Assembly (NCBI GenBank): GCA_965216835.1
Contig: OZ244210.1
Location: 1,429,136 to 1,493,135, forward strand
Reading direction: 5' to 3'
Source: a bacterium
GTDB lineage: Bacteria > ARS69
DNA: 64,000 nt
Below the pieces are notes generated by a model. That model saw only the letters and a program-made list of their open reading frames with translations, was not told the origin of the DNA and made no database searches. Of this stretch, positions 62,664-64,000 are shown in pieces. How positions within the stretch are numbered: position 1 is the stretch's first letter; the number at the start of each line of letters is the position of its first letter. The translations under genes were made by a program, and so were the position numbers.

Positions 62664-63548
62664 ATGGCTTCACCGCAACGACGGATTCCGCTCGCGCTGC
62701 TTCTCGCCCTGGGACTGGTCACTCTGGGATCGGCCGGCTCCGCCCGCGCCGAGATCTGGAAGGTGGACGAGTACCGCGCCATCCAGGACGCCATCCTCAC
62801 GGCCACCTACGGCGACACGGTGATGGTGGCGCCCGGGACGTACGAGGGTCCGATGGTCCTCCGCTCCGGCATCACGCTGATGTCCGAGGAGGGACGGGAG
62901 AAGACCACGCTCCGCTACGGCGGCGCGTTCTACGTCATCAAGGCGGAGGACACGGACAGCCTCACCGTCCTCGACGGCTTCTTCATCGACGGCGGGAAGG
63001 GCACGGAAGGCGTGATCCTCGCCAGCGAATCGCAGATGACCATCAGGAACTGCGAGATCCACGGCGGCTGGAGCGCCATCCGCGGTCTCTACTCCCAGAT
63101 GCTCATCGAGAACAACATCATCCGCGAGTGCCAGAACGGCATCTACCTGTTCGAGTCCGAGGGCACCGTGCGCGGCAATGACATCCAGCTCTGCATCAAC
63201 GGGATGTCGTTGCTGAGTGCCAGCCCTCGCATCATCCGCAACAACATCTCGCGGAACACGCTGGGGTTCCTGGTCAAGGAGCACTCCGATCCCATCATCG
63301 GGGGAAGCCTCGCGACGGCCAACCGGGTCTGGAACAACCAGGCGGGCGGGCTGAAGAACTCCACCTACCTGAAGCGCGACGGTCTTCGCACGATGAAGCC
63401 GTACACCATGAAGGTGCCGTACAACTACTGGGGGTCGGACTGTCCCGACGCCATCACCTTCCAGGGACCCGTCGAGTGGGCGCCGTGGGTCGACGAGTCC
63501 GGGGATCGTTCCATTGACTCCTGCGAGAAGAGCGAGACGTCCCCGTAG
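62664..63548 (+). CDS. Secreted right-handed parallel beta-helix repeat protein; paralogue of 55694..56737
   Basis: Start at the internal ATG (MASPQRRIPLALLLALGLVTLGSAGSARA) after AAGGAGA. The ORF-track start at 62352 would run through the tRNA cluster. Repetitive beta-helix rungs (IRNCEIHGGWSAIRGLY, IENNIIRECQNGIYLF, VRGNDIQLCINGMSLL). Confidence 0.6.
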   Translation: MASPQRRIPLALLLALGLVTLGSAGSARAEIWKVDEYRAIQDAILTATYGDTVMVAPGTYEGPMVLRSGITLMSEEGREKTTLRYGGAFYVIKAEDTDSLTVLDGFFIDGGKGTEGVILASESQMTIRNCEIHGGWSAIRGLYSQMLIENNIIRECQNGIYLFESEGTVRGNDIQLCINGMSLLSASPRIIRNNISRNTLGFLVKEHSDPIIGGSLATANRVWNNQAGGLKNSTYLKRDGLRTMKPYTMKVPYNYWGSDCPDAITFQGPVEWAPWVDESGDRSIDSCEKSETSP

Positions 63549-63570
63549 GCGGACGGGCATCGCCTGGGCG

Positions 63571-64000
63571 ATGCTCCTCCTCCTGCTCGGCGGCGCTGGC
63601 TGCGACACGAGGCCGGACCGCCGGGTCCTCGTGATCGGGCTGGACGGGGCCACCTTCGCCCAGCTCGATCCGCTGTTCGAGGCGGGGGAGCTGCCGAACC
63701 TCGCCGCGCTGCGCGAGCGAGGGGTCGGGGCGGAGCTGGAGACCACGCTCCCCGCGATCTCGCCGCCCGCCTGGACGTCGGCCACCACCGGCGTGAATCC
63801 CGGCAAGCACAACATCTTCGACTTCTTCCACATGTCCAGGTCCGGACCGCAGGCGCTCCTGACGTCCGCGCTGGATCGCCGCGCGCATCCGGTCTGGCAC
63901 TTCCTGAATGAAGACGGCTACCGGACCGGGATCATGAACATCCCGATGACGTACCCGCCGGACGACGTCGACGGGTTCTTCATCTCGGGCTTCCCGTACG
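63571..64000 (+). CDS. Alkaline-phosphatase-superfamily protein (type I phosphodiesterase / nucleotide pyrophosphatase-like), N-terminal 143 codons; continues past the window end
   Basis: MLLLLLGGAGCDTRP (lipobox-like signal peptide), then VLVIGLDGATF...TTLPAISPPAWTSATTGVNPGKHNIF, resembling the metal-site and nucleophile region of AlkP-core enzymes. No stop before position 64000. Confidence 0.6.
   Translation, partial: MLLLLLGGAGCDTRPDRRVLVIGLDGATFAQLDPLFEAGELPNLAALRERGVGAELETTLPAISPPAWTSATTGVNPGKHNIFDFFHMSRSGPQALLTSALDRRAHPVWHFLNEDGYRTGIMNIPMTYPPDDVDGFFISGFPY

Overview
This 64 kb window is a gene-dense, roughly 70% GC bacterial chromosome segment with Gram-negative envelope markers (OmpA-like protein, outer-membrane beta-barrel candidate, lipobox lipoproteins, HflKC). 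All calls are from reading the sequence and ORF track by eye; no searches were run. The centre holds a complete rRNA operon (16S, tRNA-Ile(GAT), tRNA-Ala(TGC), 23S, 5S; about 21.7-27.2 kb) with a sigma70-like promoter, boxB/boxA-like elements and an intrinsic terminator. The flanks are mostly conserved housekeeping operons: serS; mazG; a translationally coupled alr-deoB-cdd-rpiB-deoC-deoA nucleoside cluster; rpmB-rpmG; PBP1A; tyrS; an EF-G paralogue; yebC-ruvCAB-queA-tgt-yajC; def-fmt-rsmB; rpe; ffh-rpsP-rimM-trmD-rplS-rnhB-yraN; comM; trkH-trkA; pabB-pabC; hflKC-mnmA; and a tRNA-Ser/Ser/Arg cluster. Less conserved content includes two GT39-like glycosyltransferase-TPR fusions, three TPR proteins, two paralogous secreted beta-helix proteins, an M14 carboxypeptidase with a sorting-domain-like C-terminus, and several uncharacterised proteins. 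I found no CRISPR array, mobile element, or recognisable defence or toxin-antitoxin system. The most interesting signal is that RpiB and DeoC both carry similar N-terminal amphipathic extensions resembling microcompartment encapsulation peptides, although no shell genes are in the window. Other notable points are an Nramp-related transporter lacking the canonical metal-binding motifs, a kinase-less PASTA protein where a PASTA kinase would be expected, and a queA whose conserved N-terminus lies upstream of any canonical start codon. Many long ORFs in the track are antisense or read-through artefacts of the high GC content and were rejected.
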